Assembly (NCBI GenBank): GCA_017405845.1
Contig: JAFQZQ010000017.1
Coordinates: forward strand, 6,855-70,854
Direction of reading: 5' to 3'
DNA: 64,000 bases
Source of the DNA: Mogibacterium sp.
Lineage (GTDB): Bacteria; Bacillota; Clostridia; Peptostreptococcales; Anaerovoracaceae
Below the pieces are notes generated by a model. The model searched no databases and was not told the origin of the DNA. It saw only the letters and a program-made list of their open reading frames with translations. How positions within the stretch are numbered: position 1 is the stretch's first letter; each line of letters starts with the position of its first letter. Below are positions 28,557 to 38,700 of this stretch, one piece after another. Both the position numbers and the translations under genes were made by a program.

Positions 28557-29459
28557 CTATTTGATTACTTTTTTCGGAATCAGTGAGCCGTTTTCGACTT
28601 CTGCAACACCCAGAAAGTCTCTTTTCACGTATACGCGGTAGAGCTCTCCGAAGGACGATGGCTTCGTTATCCTGAATCCGTTGCTCCACGACGAATTGCC
28701 GTTCATGAAGGCGGTAATTCTATTATCGTTAAGTATGACCTTTCCAAGCTTTTCCAGCGTTATATCAGCCGGAATTATGATTTTATCCAGTGTTTCTTCC
28801 CCTTTTTCGTAAGCTTCAGCTATCTCTTCGATAGTATGAGCATCTGCTATCCTGAAAAAGCCCGAAGCTGTACGCGTAAGCGCAGTCATTACAGCTCCGC
28901 ACCCGAGTACCTTGCCGATATCATCGCAAATAGTGCGGATATATGTCCCCTTTGAGCAGCTTACATCGAACTCGATCTCACCTGCCTCAAGATCCAGCCT
29001 TGTGACGGCATTTTTGCAGATCACTATCTCACGGGCCTTGATCTCAAAATCTTTTCCCTCACGCGCGAGGTCGTATGCCCTTTTGCCGTCTATCTTTAGC
29101 GCCGAATACTTCGGAGGCACCTGCATCACATGGCCGGTATAGGCCTTAAACGCCTCTGTCACGGCTTTTTCAGTGACATTCGAGTAATCGCCTGTTTCAA
29201 TGATTTCTCCCGTTATATCGAGAGTATCGGTCGTGATACCGAGCTTCATCGCAGCGTGATATGACTTTGCATCTTTGTCATAATACTCGATTATGCGGGT
29301 GGCTTTTCCCATACAGACAGGCAAAACGCCCGTAGCCATCGGGTCGAGCGTTCCTGTGTGTCCTATTTTCCTGATATGAAGCACATGCCTGAGCTTTGAG
29401 CATACATCCTGGGATGTCCAGCCGGCCGGCTTGTTTACATTTATGATTCCGTCTGTCAT
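28557..29459 (-). CDS. truB: tRNA pseudouridine-55 synthase TruB
   Basis: 300 aa. Catalytic motif GHTGTLDPMATGVL and a PUA-like C-terminus. Confidence 0.92.
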   Translation of the reverse strand: MTDGIINVNKPAGWTSQDVCSKLRHVLHIRKIGHTGTLDPMATGVLPVCMGKATRIIEYYDKDAKSYHAAMKLGITTDTLDITGEIIETGDYSNVTEKAVTEAFKAYTGHVMQVPPKYSALKIDGKRAYDLAREGKDFEIKAREIVICKNAVTRLDLEAGEIEFDVSCSKGTYIRTICDDIGKVLGCGAVMTALTRTASGFFRIADAHTIEEIAEAYEKGEETLDKIIIPADITLEKLGKVILNDNRITAFMNGNSSWSNGFRITKPSSFGELYRVYVKRDFLGVAEVENGSLIPKKVIK

Positions 29460-29463
29460 GTGG

Positions 29464-30438
29464 TCAGCGTGCGTTTACTGTATCGATAAGCACCGGAATG
29501 AGCTGCTTTTCAGCCTCCTCAAGCGGCATAAAGAATGTGCATCCGGCTGCCAGCATGTGACCGCCTCCGCCGAATTTCTGAGCGGCAGAAGCCATGTTGG
29601 CGTAAGTTCTGCCTCTGAGGCTTGCCCTCACGTTAGTCTCGGTCTCCTTAAACAGGCATGCTCCCTCGACTCCGTCTATACTCATCATTTTCTGGATTAT
29701 GCCGTCTGCCTCGTCAAGAGTGCATCCGCTTTCCTTGAGCAGCTTCTGAGTCACCTTGCCGACTGCAAGCTTTCCATCAGCATAGAAGTTGAGATCCGCG
29801 ATGACTTCACTCTCCATTCTGAGAGCTTCCTTCGATCTGCGGTCATAGATGAGAGCGGATATTACCTTTGAGTTGAAGCCTTCTATCTTGTAAAGGTGTC
29901 CTGCTATCTCATGCGAGCGGCTCGTGGTGTTGCTGTGCTGGAAGTTTCCCGTATCCGTCGTTATCGCTGTGAATATGCTGTTTGCGATATCGAGGGTGAT
30001 CTCAACACCCAGCGCACGGATGATATTGTAAATGATCTCTCCCACAGCTGCTGATTTTGGCTCTATGCGTGCAAAATCGTATCTTATCTCCTTCGCCTTT
30101 GTGGCATGGTGATCGATACAGCCTTTCAGGCGTCCGCGCTCCCAGGCCTTCTCTCTGCCTGTAATGCGGTTCATGCCGTTACAGTCGATCATGAGCGAAA
30201 GCTGTACATCATCGAGAACGCTGTCATCATCAGTAGTGCATCCGCATTCAAGAAAGTCGAGGTTCTTAGGCACTGGCTCGTTGATCATTACGTATGCCTT
30301 TTTGCCAAGACTTCTCAGGGCAAGACAAAGCGCCGTGCATGATCCGAGCGCGTCCCCGTCCATATTGGTGTGCGGGAACAGCAGTATGCCGTCCAGGTCT
30401 TTCATTATTGTTGCGATGCTTTTGATGGTGTCGTTCAT
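29464..30438 (-). CDS. nrnA: DHH/DHHA1 family phosphoesterase (NrnA-like oligoribonuclease/pAp phosphatase)
   Basis: 324 aa. Motifs HTNMDGDALGS, CIDHH, GGGGHMLAAG. Confidence 0.8.
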   Translation of the reverse strand: MNDTIKSIATIMKDLDGILLFPHTNMDGDALGSCTALCLALRSLGKKAYVMINEPVPKNLDFLECGCTTDDDSVLDDVQLSLMIDCNGMNRITGREKAWERGRLKGCIDHHATKAKEIRYDFARIEPKSAAVGEIIYNIIRALGVEITLDIANSIFTAITTDTGNFQHSNTTSRSHEIAGHLYKIEGFNSKVISALIYDRRSKEALRMESEVIADLNFYADGKLAVGKVTQKLLKESGCTLDEADGIIQKMMSIDGVEGACLFKETETNVRASLRGRTYANMASAAQKFGGGGHMLAAGCTFFMPLEEAEKQLIPVLIDTVNAR

Positions 30439-30809
30439 TCCTGATTGTTGTAAGTAAGTGTGTCTATTATCGAATCGATGTGTCTGCCGTAATCCTGCGA
30501 AGCGTCAAGCTTAAATATCAGTTCAGGCGTGTGCCTCAGCAATACGTCTCTTGATACCTGTCCCCTTATGGCTCCTTTTGCGCGCTCAAAGCCCGCGAGA
30601 ACCTGGGAGTATACCATCTCTTTGTCTTCGTCTGAGAGACAGACAGGCGAGATGTAAATCGTTGCATAGCTGAGGTCACGTGTAACCTCGACGCCTGTAA
30701 TGCTGATTATTCTTGATGTAAGAGCAGGATCCTTGGCTCCGTTGATAAGAAAGCCGCTTATGCTCTTCTTGATTTCTTCGCTGAGCCTTCCCTGTCTGTG
30801 TTTAGCCAT
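30435..30809 (-). CDS. rbfA: ribosome-binding factor A
   Basis: 124 aa. Typical RbfA layout (R..R..E.I......I; LRHTPELIFKLD). Located between infB and truB. Confidence 0.9.
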   Translation of the reverse strand: MAKHRQGRLSEEIKKSISGFLINGAKDPALTSRIISITGVEVTRDLSYATIYISPVCLSDEDKEMVYSQVLAGFERAKGAIRGQVSRDVLLRHTPELIFKLDASQDYGRHIDSIIDTLTYNNQE

Positions 30810-30832
30810 ATTGTTGTTCCTGTCTAATATAA

Positions 30833-33757
30833 TTAACGTTCAATTTCTACCATCTGGAAGCACTCGATAACGTCATCAGGCTTGATGTCGTTGTACTTCT
30901 CGATGCCAAGTCCGCACTCGTATCCGGCATTGACTTCTCTGACGTCGTCCTTGAATCTTCTAAGCGAGCTGATAACGCCCTCGTGTATTACGATGCCGTC
31001 TCTTACCAGTCTGATCTGGGCATTTCTCTTTACGATGCCCTCGTTGACATAGCATCCGCCGATGATTCCGACTCCAGGTACCTTGAATGTATCTCTGACG
31101 ACAGCCTTTCCGAGCACTTCTTCCTTGTACTCAGGATCGAGCATGCCCTTCATAGCATCCTGGATCTCGTCAATGATGTCGTAGATGACTCTGTACAGTC
31201 TGATTTCGACATCAGCAGCCTGTGCCTGGTTGGTAACGGCAGTTGTAGGTCTGACGTTGAATCCGATGATGATGGCATTCGATGTCTCGGCGAGCATTAC
31301 GTCGGACTCGTTGATTGTACCTACGCCGCTGTGGATGACGTTGATCTTGACCTCCGGAGTCTCGAGCTTCTCGAGAGAAGTGATGATGGCTCCGACAGAT
31401 CCCTGTACGTCTGCCTTGACGATGAGGTTGAGCTCCTTCGCCTCGCCCTGCTGGATCTGGCTGAAGAGCTTGTCGAGTGTCATGCTGGCGTTCTTTGCCA
31501 GTACGTCTTCTCTCATCTTTTCCTTACGGTTTGCAGCTATCTCACGTGCAGTCTTGTCGTCTCTTACAGCATTGAACGCGTCACCTGCGTCAGGTACGTC
31601 TGAAAGTCCGAGGATCTCAACAGCAGTTGCAGGACCGGCCTTGCGGATAGTCTTGCCCTTGTCGTCTGTCATGACACGGATCTTTCCGGATGTTGTACCG
31701 GCTACGACGCTTTGGCCTGTCTTAAGTGTTCCGTTAGAAACGAGCAGTGTGGCAACAGGGCCTTTAGCCTTGTCGAGTCTTGCCTCGATAACGGTTCCGA
31801 GAGCCAGTCTGTCAGGGTTTGCTCTGAGTTCGAGCATGTCTGCCTGCAGAAGAATCATCTCGAGCAGGTCAGTGATACCCTCGCCCTTCTTTGCGGAAAC
31901 CGGAACGGAGATAACGTCGCCGCCCCAGTCCTCTACGAGCACGCCGTGCTCCATGAGTTCCTGCTTTACTCTGTCAGGGTTTGCGCCCGGCTTATCCATC
32001 TTGTTGATGGCAACTATGATAGGCACGTTTGCAGCCTTTGCATGGCTGATTGATTCAATTGTCTGAGGCATTACACCGTCATCGGCAGCTACAACCAGTA
32101 CGGCGATATCTGTAACCTGCGCACCTCTCGCACGCATGGTTGTGAATGCTTCGTGACCCGGTGTATCGAGGAACACGATCCTTCTTCCGTTGATCATTAC
32201 CTCGGAAGCACCGATGTGCTGAGTGATTCCGCCGGACTCGCCTGCTGTAACGTTGGTGTTTCTGATAGCATCGAGCAGAGATGTCTTACCATGGTCTACG
32301 TGTCCCATTACTGTAATAATCGGTGGGCGAGGCTTGAGTTCGCTCTCTGCGTCCTCGTGCATGTCGATGCCCGGCTCTTCGATTTCAGGCTCTTCTTCTG
32401 TAACTGCGATCTGAAGACCGAGATCCTCTGCGAGCATTTCTACAGCGTCCTTATCAAGAGTCTGGTTGATAGTAGCCATGACTCCCATCTGCATCATTGC
32501 CATAATGATTTTGCTGACGCTGATCTCAGCCTGCTCTGAAAGACCTGCGACAGTGATTGGAGCGGTTACGGCGATTGTGCCCTCAGGCAGGAGTTCCTCT
32601 ACCGTTGGCTCCTCAACTACCTTTGTCTTGTATTTTCTCTTATGACGTTCCTGCTTCTCGAGAGCAGCTTCATCATAGATAGCGTTATTATTGGTTCTGC
32701 GGCCTCCCGGACCGTCTTCGCGTCTGTCGAATCTCGACTGCTTGTCTCTGTCACGATTGTCGAAGAACTTCTTGCTCTTGCCTTTTGCAGCCTTTCCGTT
32801 TCCGCCTGCTGCAGGAGCAGGTGCAGGTCTTTCGCCCTGTGGCTTTCTCGAGCGATCCTGACGTTCAGGACGTTCCTTGCGATCCTGACGTTCAGGGCGA
32901 TCCTTGCGGTCCTGACGGTCTCTGCCGCCTTCGTTCTTGTTCCTTGACTGCTTCTTCTTGTCGCCTTCAGCAGCTTTACTCTGTGCCCTCTTCTCGCGCA
33001 GCTGTCTCTTCTGCTCTTCTGCCTTCTTCTTTTCGGTTTCAGCATCGGAGATCTTCTTGAAGCGCATCGGCTTACCCGGGGCATTCACATACTCTTCCTC
33101 TTCTTTTGGAGGCTCCGGTTTAGCCTTTTCTTCCTTCTGAGGCTTTTCTTTCTCAGGCTCTGCTGCCGCAGGAGTCTGAGCCGGCTTCTCAACAGGTTTT
33201 GCTTCTGCAGGCTCTTCTGCTGACTTCTTCTCTTCTTCTGCAGGCTTTTCAGCAGCTTTTTCTTCCGCTGGCTCTTCCTTCTTTGCCTCAACAGGCTTTT
33301 CAGATTCAGGAACGGCTGCTTCAGTTGCAGGCTGCTCAGGTGCTGCAGGCTCTTTTTCGACAGCAGTAACCTCAGCTGCCACTTCCTTTGTCTCTTCGAC
33401 TACAGGCTCTTCAGCAACTTCGATTTTCTCCTCTGCAGGAATTTCCTCTGCCGGTTCTTCCTTCTTAGGCGCTACAGGCTTCTTTGGAATGACTGGCTTG
33501 CCAACAGGAGGCTTAGCTTTAGCTCCTTCCTTATGAACAACAGGAATCGCTTTGATTTTTGGCTTATTTCCGCCGGCTTTAGCACCGGAGGAAGTTCCTC
33601 TCATCATGTTGATCGATCTTGTCAGTCTCTCTGCAGCCTGATCCTCTACGTTGGACCTTGCAGAGCTGATGGCAATACCCAGTTTATCTGCGTATCCTTT
33701 TAATTCCTGTATACTTATGTCAAGTTCTTTTATAAGTTCGCTAACTTTCTTTGACAT
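30833..33757 (-). CDS. infB: translation initiation factor IF-2
   Basis: Start set to ATG 33757 (MSKKVSELIKELD...) because of the strong AAGGAGG at 33763-33769 rc. G domain GHVDHGKTSLLD, DTPGH, NKMD. Long low-complexity N-terminal region. Confidence 0.93.
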   Translation of the reverse strand: MSKKVSELIKELDISIQELKGYADKLGIAISSARSNVEDQAAERLTRSINMMRGTSSGAKAGGNKPKIKAIPVVHKEGAKAKPPVGKPVIPKKPVAPKKEEPAEEIPAEEKIEVAEEPVVEETKEVAAEVTAVEKEPAAPEQPATEAAVPESEKPVEAKKEEPAEEKAAEKPAEEEKKSAEEPAEAKPVEKPAQTPAAAEPEKEKPQKEEKAKPEPPKEEEEYVNAPGKPMRFKKISDAETEKKKAEEQKRQLREKRAQSKAAEGDKKKQSRNKNEGGRDRQDRKDRPERQDRKERPERQDRSRKPQGERPAPAPAAGGNGKAAKGKSKKFFDNRDRDKQSRFDRREDGPGGRRTNNNAIYDEAALEKQERHKRKYKTKVVEEPTVEELLPEGTIAVTAPITVAGLSEQAEISVSKIIMAMMQMGVMATINQTLDKDAVEMLAEDLGLQIAVTEEEPEIEEPGIDMHEDAESELKPRPPIITVMGHVDHGKTSLLDAIRNTNVTAGESGGITQHIGASEVMINGRRIVFLDTPGHEAFTTMRARGAQVTDIAVLVVAADDGVMPQTIESISHAKAANVPIIVAINKMDKPGANPDRVKQELMEHGVLVEDWGGDVISVPVSAKKGEGITDLLEMILLQADMLELRANPDRLALGTVIEARLDKAKGPVATLLVSNGTLKTGQSVVAGTTSGKIRVMTDDKGKTIRKAGPATAVEILGLSDVPDAGDAFNAVRDDKTAREIAANRKEKMREDVLAKNASMTLDKLFSQIQQGEAKELNLIVKADVQGSVGAIITSLEKLETPEVKINVIHSGVGTINESDVMLAETSNAIIIGFNVRPTTAVTNQAQAADVEIRLYRVIYDIIDEIQDAMKGMLDPEYKEEVLGKAVVRDTFKVPGVGIIGGCYVNEGIVKRNAQIRLVRDGIVIHEGVISSLRRFKDDVREVNAGYECGLGIEKYNDIKPDDVIECFQMVEIER
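32854..32920. repeat. 27-bp tandem repeat (about 2.5 copies) inside the infB N-terminal region
   Basis: Unit 1 is GATCCTGACGTTCAGGACGTTCCTTGC (32854-32880). Unit 2 is GATCCTGACGTTCAGGGCGATCCTTGC (32881-32907), matching 25/27. A partial third unit follows. The repeat encodes RKDRPERQD / RKERPERQD. Confidence 0.85.
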
Positions 33758-34040
33758 CCATACCTCCTTGGTAGCTGTTGAGCGCTTGCTCAATCAGACT
33801 ACTGATCTCATTCTCATCTAGATTTCTCTTGCATACGCGGTTGAACGCCTTCCGCTTTACCGCAGTCTTTGCGCATTCCGCGCTTTTGCACAGATAGAAG
33901 CCTCTTCCTTCAGCCCTGCCGTCTATGTCCACAACAGGGTCATGTCCGTTCAGAACAAATCGTATGAGTTCGTCCTGAGGCTTCGACTCTCTGCATGCAA
34001 TGCATCTTCGCATCGGCTTAGTTGTTTTGTGTCTCCTCAA
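33741..34040 (-). CDS. ylxR: YlxR/RnpM-family RNA-binding protein (DUF448)
   Basis: 99 aa. Motif KPMRRCIACRESKPQDELIRFV...GRGFYLC. In the conserved nusA-ylxR-infB position. Overlaps the nusA 3' end and the infB 5' end. An alternative start is ATG 34013. Confidence 0.85.
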   Translation of the reverse strand: MRRHKTTKPMRRCIACRESKPQDELIRFVLNGHDPVVDIDGRAEGRGFYLCKSAECAKTAVKRKAFNRVCKRNLDENEISSLIEQALNSYQGGMDVKES

Positions 34041-35136
34041 TTTCAGTGACCTCTCCGGCTTCTTCTACATCGGAATCTTCATATTCGTCAAATGCGAAGC
34101 CCATCTCCTTGAGCTGATCGTTGCTCTTGATGTCTATCTTCCATCCGCTGACTCTTGCTGCGAGTCTTACGTTCTGACCTTCACGGCCGATGGCGAGCGA
34201 CAGCTGCTGCTCAGGAACTACGGCTGTAGCAGCCTTTTCTTCTTCATTTATGTAAACGCCTTCAACGATGGCAGGTCTCAGCACGTTGCTGATGAGAACT
34301 GCAGGATCCTCGTCCCAGACGATAATATCGATTTTCTCTCCGAAGAGCTCGTCAGCGATGTTCTGAACTCTTGCACCTCTGTTTCCTACACATGCTCCTA
34401 CAGGATCAACGTTAGGATCGTGCGAGTAAACGGCGATCTTTGTGCGGGAACCTGCCTCACGTGCGGTGCCCTTGATTTCTACAGTGCCGTCAGCGATTTC
34501 AGGGATCTCAAGCTCAAACAGACCTCTTACGAGTCCCGGATGCGATCTGGAGAGCAGTACCTGAGGGCCCTTGTTCTCTTTCTTTACATCCATTACATAG
34601 ACCTTGATGCGGTCGCCCGGCTTGAAGTTCTCGGTCCTTACCTGCTCTGATGCAGGTACGCGGCCCTCTGTACGTCCGAGAGAGATGAGCATTGTGCCGT
34701 TAGAGATTCTCTCCACCTTTCCGGTTACGATCGTTCCCTTCTTCTCGATGAATTCATTATAGGAATTAGTGCGCTCTGCTTCTCTGTTCTTCTGTACGAA
34801 TACCTGCTTTGCGCCCTGTGCGGCGATCCTGTTGAAATCTCTCGGGTCGATCTCGTATTCGACTACGTCGCCTACCTCGTAACCCTCATATATCTCCTTT
34901 GCATCCTCGAGCGATATCTGAGTAAGATCGTCCTCGACCTCCTCAACAACTTCCATGCCCATGTATACGGTGACATTGCCTTCTGCCATATCAACGTCGA
35001 CTCTTACATTGGATGCTCCGTAATTCTTCCTGTATGCATTCTCGATAGAGTCCTTAATAGCTCCGATGATCTCTTCTTCCGAAAGATTCTTCTCTTTTTT
35101 GAGATCTGCAAATGCATCTAGAAATTCCTTGCTCAT
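34018..35136 (-). CDS. nusA: transcription termination/antitermination factor NusA
   Basis: 372 aa. N-terminal RNAP-binding domain, S1 domain (GTIVTGKVERI) and two KH domains (AVGACVGNRGARVQ; LAIGREGQNVRLA). Confidence 0.95.
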   Translation of the reverse strand: MSKEFLDAFADLKKEKNLSEEEIIGAIKDSIENAYRKNYGASNVRVDVDMAEGNVTVYMGMEVVEEVEDDLTQISLEDAKEIYEGYEVGDVVEYEIDPRDFNRIAAQGAKQVFVQKNREAERTNSYNEFIEKKGTIVTGKVERISNGTMLISLGRTEGRVPASEQVRTENFKPGDRIKVYVMDVKKENKGPQVLLSRSHPGLVRGLFELEIPEIADGTVEIKGTAREAGSRTKIAVYSHDPNVDPVGACVGNRGARVQNIADELFGEKIDIIVWDEDPAVLISNVLRPAIVEGVYINEEEKAATAVVPEQQLSLAIGREGQNVRLAARVSGWKIDIKSNDQLKEMGFAFDEYEDSDVEEAGEVTEIEETQNN

Positions 35137-35161
35137 TGTTTCCTCCTGATTTCCTGTTATA

Positions 35162-35635
35162 TTAGAAAACTACTGCTAAATTGATTTTTGCTATTTTATC
35201 GGCAGGGATCGCAAGTTCTCCTGCTCCCGTTTCAATCGTCACTATACCGTCCTTCTTACCGGCAAGAACGCCTTCAAATGACTTGCTGCCGTTTATCTGC
35301 TCATACGTCCTTACTTCTACTTCTCTTCCGGCAAAGCGCACATAGTCGGAATCCTTAAGAAGCTCCCTGTCAAGCCCTGCAGAGCTTACTTCGAGGTTAT
35401 AGCTTCGCTCAATGATGTCGTTTTTGTCGAGAGTTTCGCTTAGCCACACGTTCACCTTTTCGCAGTCGTCTATGCTTACGTACTCAGACTCATCAGCGGG
35501 TTTATCGAGACACACTCTCAGCACCCATGCCGGGCCTTCCTTTTTATATTCGACTTTGTAGATATCGAGTCCGTTCTCTTCCAGGAACGGCATCAGCATA
35601 TCCGTTACTTTTGCGCTTATATCTTCTTTCGCCAT
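35162..35635 (-). CDS. rimP: ribosome maturation factor RimP
   Basis: 157 aa. Typical RimP sequence (LEVSSAGLDRELK) directly upstream of nusA. Confidence 0.9.
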   Translation of the reverse strand: MAKEDISAKVTDMLMPFLEENGLDIYKVEYKKEGPAWVLRVCLDKPADESEYVSIDDCEKVNVWLSETLDKNDIIERSYNLEVSSAGLDRELLKDSDYVRFAGREVEVRTYEQINGSKSFEGVLAGKKDGIVTIETGAGELAIPADKIAKINLAVVF

Positions 35636-35667
35636 GATTTTTCCGTAAAAAAATTCCCTACATAAGT

Positions 35668-35693
35668 GAAAGAGTGGGAGTCCCCACTCTTTC
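35668..35693 (-). terminator. 11-bp perfect hairpin upstream of rimP (PBP-gene terminator and/or rimP-nusA leader attenuator)
   Basis: Minus strand GAAAGAGUGGG-gacu-CCCACUCUUUC followed by ACUUAUGUAGGGAAUUUUUUU (a distal, interrupted U-tract). It lies downstream of the candidate promoter at 35715-35743. Confidence 0.55.
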
Positions 35694-35714
35694 GAAACGT
35701 TAGCTTACTTTGCA

Positions 35715-35743
35715 TTTATACCACCAAAGTTCTGTAATTGCAA
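35715..35743 (-). promoter_or_regulatory. candidate sigma-A promoter of the rimP-nusA-ylxR-infB operon
   Basis: Minus strand TTGCAA (35743-35738), 17 nt, TGG-TATAAA (35723-35715). Extended -10. Confidence 0.45.
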
Positions 35744-35769
35744 GGGTTTTTTGGAGGGTGCAACAATCG

Positions 35770-38700
35770 CTAGTTCTTTTTATCCTTCTTGCCAGAATTG
35801 CTATTGCCTGAACCCTTCTTTGAATCCTTGCTGTTATTGTCCTTTTTGTCCGTTGCCTTTTCTTTCTTCTGCGGTGGTGGATCAGGTGGCTGTGTACCTG
35901 TGGTGTAGTATTCACCGTTCTTGACCAGCACATTATCCGGCATGGATTTGTACTCTCCGCCCTTTGCTCTCTTAACCTGGCTCATGATAGTGCTCCAGAG
36001 CTGGGCTGCTGATGCGGATGTCGCATTCAGCTCTACGTTATTGTCAGTGCCTATCCAAAGTGCCGCTGCGTACTTCGGAGTAAATCCGTCAAACCAGATA
36101 TCCCAGGTATCATCAGTTGTACCGGTTTTGCCTCCGACTCTTTCTCCGGATATTGCAGCATTGCCGGCAATACCGTCGGATACTACAGTCTGCAGCACAT
36201 CTGTCATTATGTATGCAACACCCTTGTTCAGTACTCTTGTCTCCTTCGACTTTCCCTCAAGGAGTACTTTACCGTCACTATCCGTTACCTTTGTGTAGCA
36301 GATTCCGGAGTTGTGTACTCCGCCGTTAGGGAATACCGCATATGCGAGCGCCATGTCGAGCGGCGTTACGCCTTCCGTCATAGCTCCCAGTCCGAGAGCT
36401 GCAAGGTTGACATCGTTGTATGGCTCATCCGTATCGTCTATTGCAGTTGTTACACCGAACTTCTTAACCATCTTCATGGAATAATCGGTTCCTACCTGTG
36501 ACAGTATCTTTACAGCACAGGTATTGATAGACAGCTGGATGGCCTGTCTGAAGGTCTTGTATCCCGTGAAAGTTCTGCCGAAGTTCTGAGGCCAGTCCTT
36601 ACCATTGACCTTCATTCTTTCATCCGTTACGCCGGAACTTGCAGTTATGTAGTTGCCCCAGTATCTGGTGCCCTGTGTATCATAACCCGTATCCTTGAAC
36701 GGGAAGAACTTTCCTTCCTTCTGATACTCAAAACTCTTCTGAAGAGCCGGAGCATAAACTGCGATCGGCTTTATCGATGATCCGGGCTGACGTGGGCTTA
36801 CAGCTCTGTTGAAGAGCATATCGCCCTTTACTCTTCTGGTACCTGCCATCGCTTTGATCTCACCTGTGCCGACCTTTACGATGACCATGGCGCCTTCTAC
36901 CTTGCCTTTATCGCTCACAGCGCTAGGGAAGTTCGATTTCTTCTTGAACTCCTTAGTCACGACTTTCTGAGCCTGAGAATCGAGTGTCGAGTAGATGTTT
37001 AATCCCTTGGTGTAAATCATCTTATCAGCCTGATCTGCGCTGAGTGAGTACTGCTCCATCAGATCGTGCTTTACAGTTTCAAGCAGATAATCCTTGAAAG
37101 ACGAGCTTGCACTCAGGCTTTCTCCGCCAGGATTGATGAACTTCTCAAGAGGTTTCTTAGCTTTATCTGCTTTCTCCTGAGTTATGTAACCCTGCTCAGC
37201 CATGAGATCGAGGACCAGATAACGCCTGTTGCGCGATACGTCGTTAGCGTAGAGGCCTTTCTCAATTTTCGTTGTCGTCTCGGCTCCGTCATCCTCTGTC
37301 ATAATCAGGGCATATATTCCCGGTGCCTGTGGAAGCGCGGCAAGTGCAGCGCACTCTCTGAGCTTGAGGTCTTCAATATCTTTACTGAAGTACTTTTTAG
37401 CTGCGGTGTCCACACCATAGCATCCGTAACCAAGGTATATCGTGTTGAGGTATGCGGTGAGGATCTCCTCCTTGCTGAGCTCCTCTTCTATCTCATGAGC
37501 ATAATACATCTCGATGATCTTACGCTTTATGGATCTGACGCTCTTCTCTTCCGGCAGGAATACATTACGGGCAAGCTGCTGCGTGATGGTACTCGTACCG
37601 CTGATTTCTCCGCCTCCGCTGACCGAATTCCATATGGCTCCGAAGATTCTTCTGAAGTTGAATCCTTTGTGAGTCCAGAAGGTCTTGTCTTCGATTGCTA
37701 TGAACGCGTTCTTCAGGTTTTCAGGAAGCTCGTCGTACTTGACTATATCGCGGTTCTCTGACAGGTAGATATCGTTTGTCAGATTGCCCTTGTCGTCGTA
37801 TATATGTGTACTGACTTCAAGCGTGTTGTAGATCTGCTCAGGATGAATAGGATCTGCATGTGCGATCGTGATCGCAGCATATGCACCACCGGCTATTCCT
37901 CCGACGATTCCGAACGCTATCATTATTTCTATGAAAGCGAGCAGATATCCGAAGAATCCTTTTTTCTTCTTTATTAACGGTTTCTTCTTTTTTGCCTGCT
38001 TCTTCTCAGCCTTCTTGCTTTCTGCAGCAGCTTTGGCCTCTGCTGCTTTTTTAGCTTCTTCAGCCTTCCTTGCTTCTTCAGCTTTCTTTTTAGCCGGAGC
38101 GCTGTTGTTTGCAACAGCCTTTTTCTCCTTGAGTGACTTCCCTGCAGGTTTAGCCTTGGCAGAGGTTCCCTGCTTTACAGTTTTGGCAGGTTTTACTACC
38201 TTTTTCGCTTTAGCAGCTTCCATCTCGGCAAAGACAGCTGCTTCGAGCTTCGCTTGGTGTTCCGCCTTGAGTCTTTCTTCTTCGGCTCTCTTTGCAGCTT
38301 CTGCTGCCAGTCTGGCCTCTTCTGCCTTTCTGACTTCCTCTTCTCTGGCAAGCAGTCTCTGTCTCTCAGCTTCGGCTGCTTTGGCTGCCCTGCGGGCATC
38401 CTGCTGCTCTGCTATCTTTTTCTTGATTAAAGTTTTTACGGAGTCCACTTTCTTCGAAAACTCCGACTTAGCTTTAGGAGCAGCGGCTTTTACCGGCATT
38501 GGCTGCTGAGATCTGCTGTAATCCGCAGGCAGGCCGTATTGCTTCTTCGGAGGTGCAGGTGCAGGCTCCTCTGCAGGAACTGCTTCTTCTGCAGGAGCTG
38601 CTTCTATAGGAGCTGATTCCGGAACCTCTTCTTTTGCAGGCGGCTTGTTTTCAAAGTCGAAAGAAAGGCCGTCAGGTTCTTCAAACGGTTTGTTGTCAAA

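Noticed and set aside
32617-33291. Same-strand alternative-frame ORFs inside infB (155 aa and 68 aa, extremely Arg/Lys/Ser-rich).
   Set aside because: These are frame-shifted readings of the repetitive low-complexity IF-2 N-terminal region. They have no start context, and the IF-2 frame is continuous and conserved.
35700-35933. A 77-aa minus-strand ORF overlapping the PBP gene 3' end and the rimP promoter region.
   Set aside because: It is out of frame with the PBP C-terminus. Its His/Arg/Lys-rich sequence reflects the Lys-codon-rich PBP tail read in another frame. It has no RBS.
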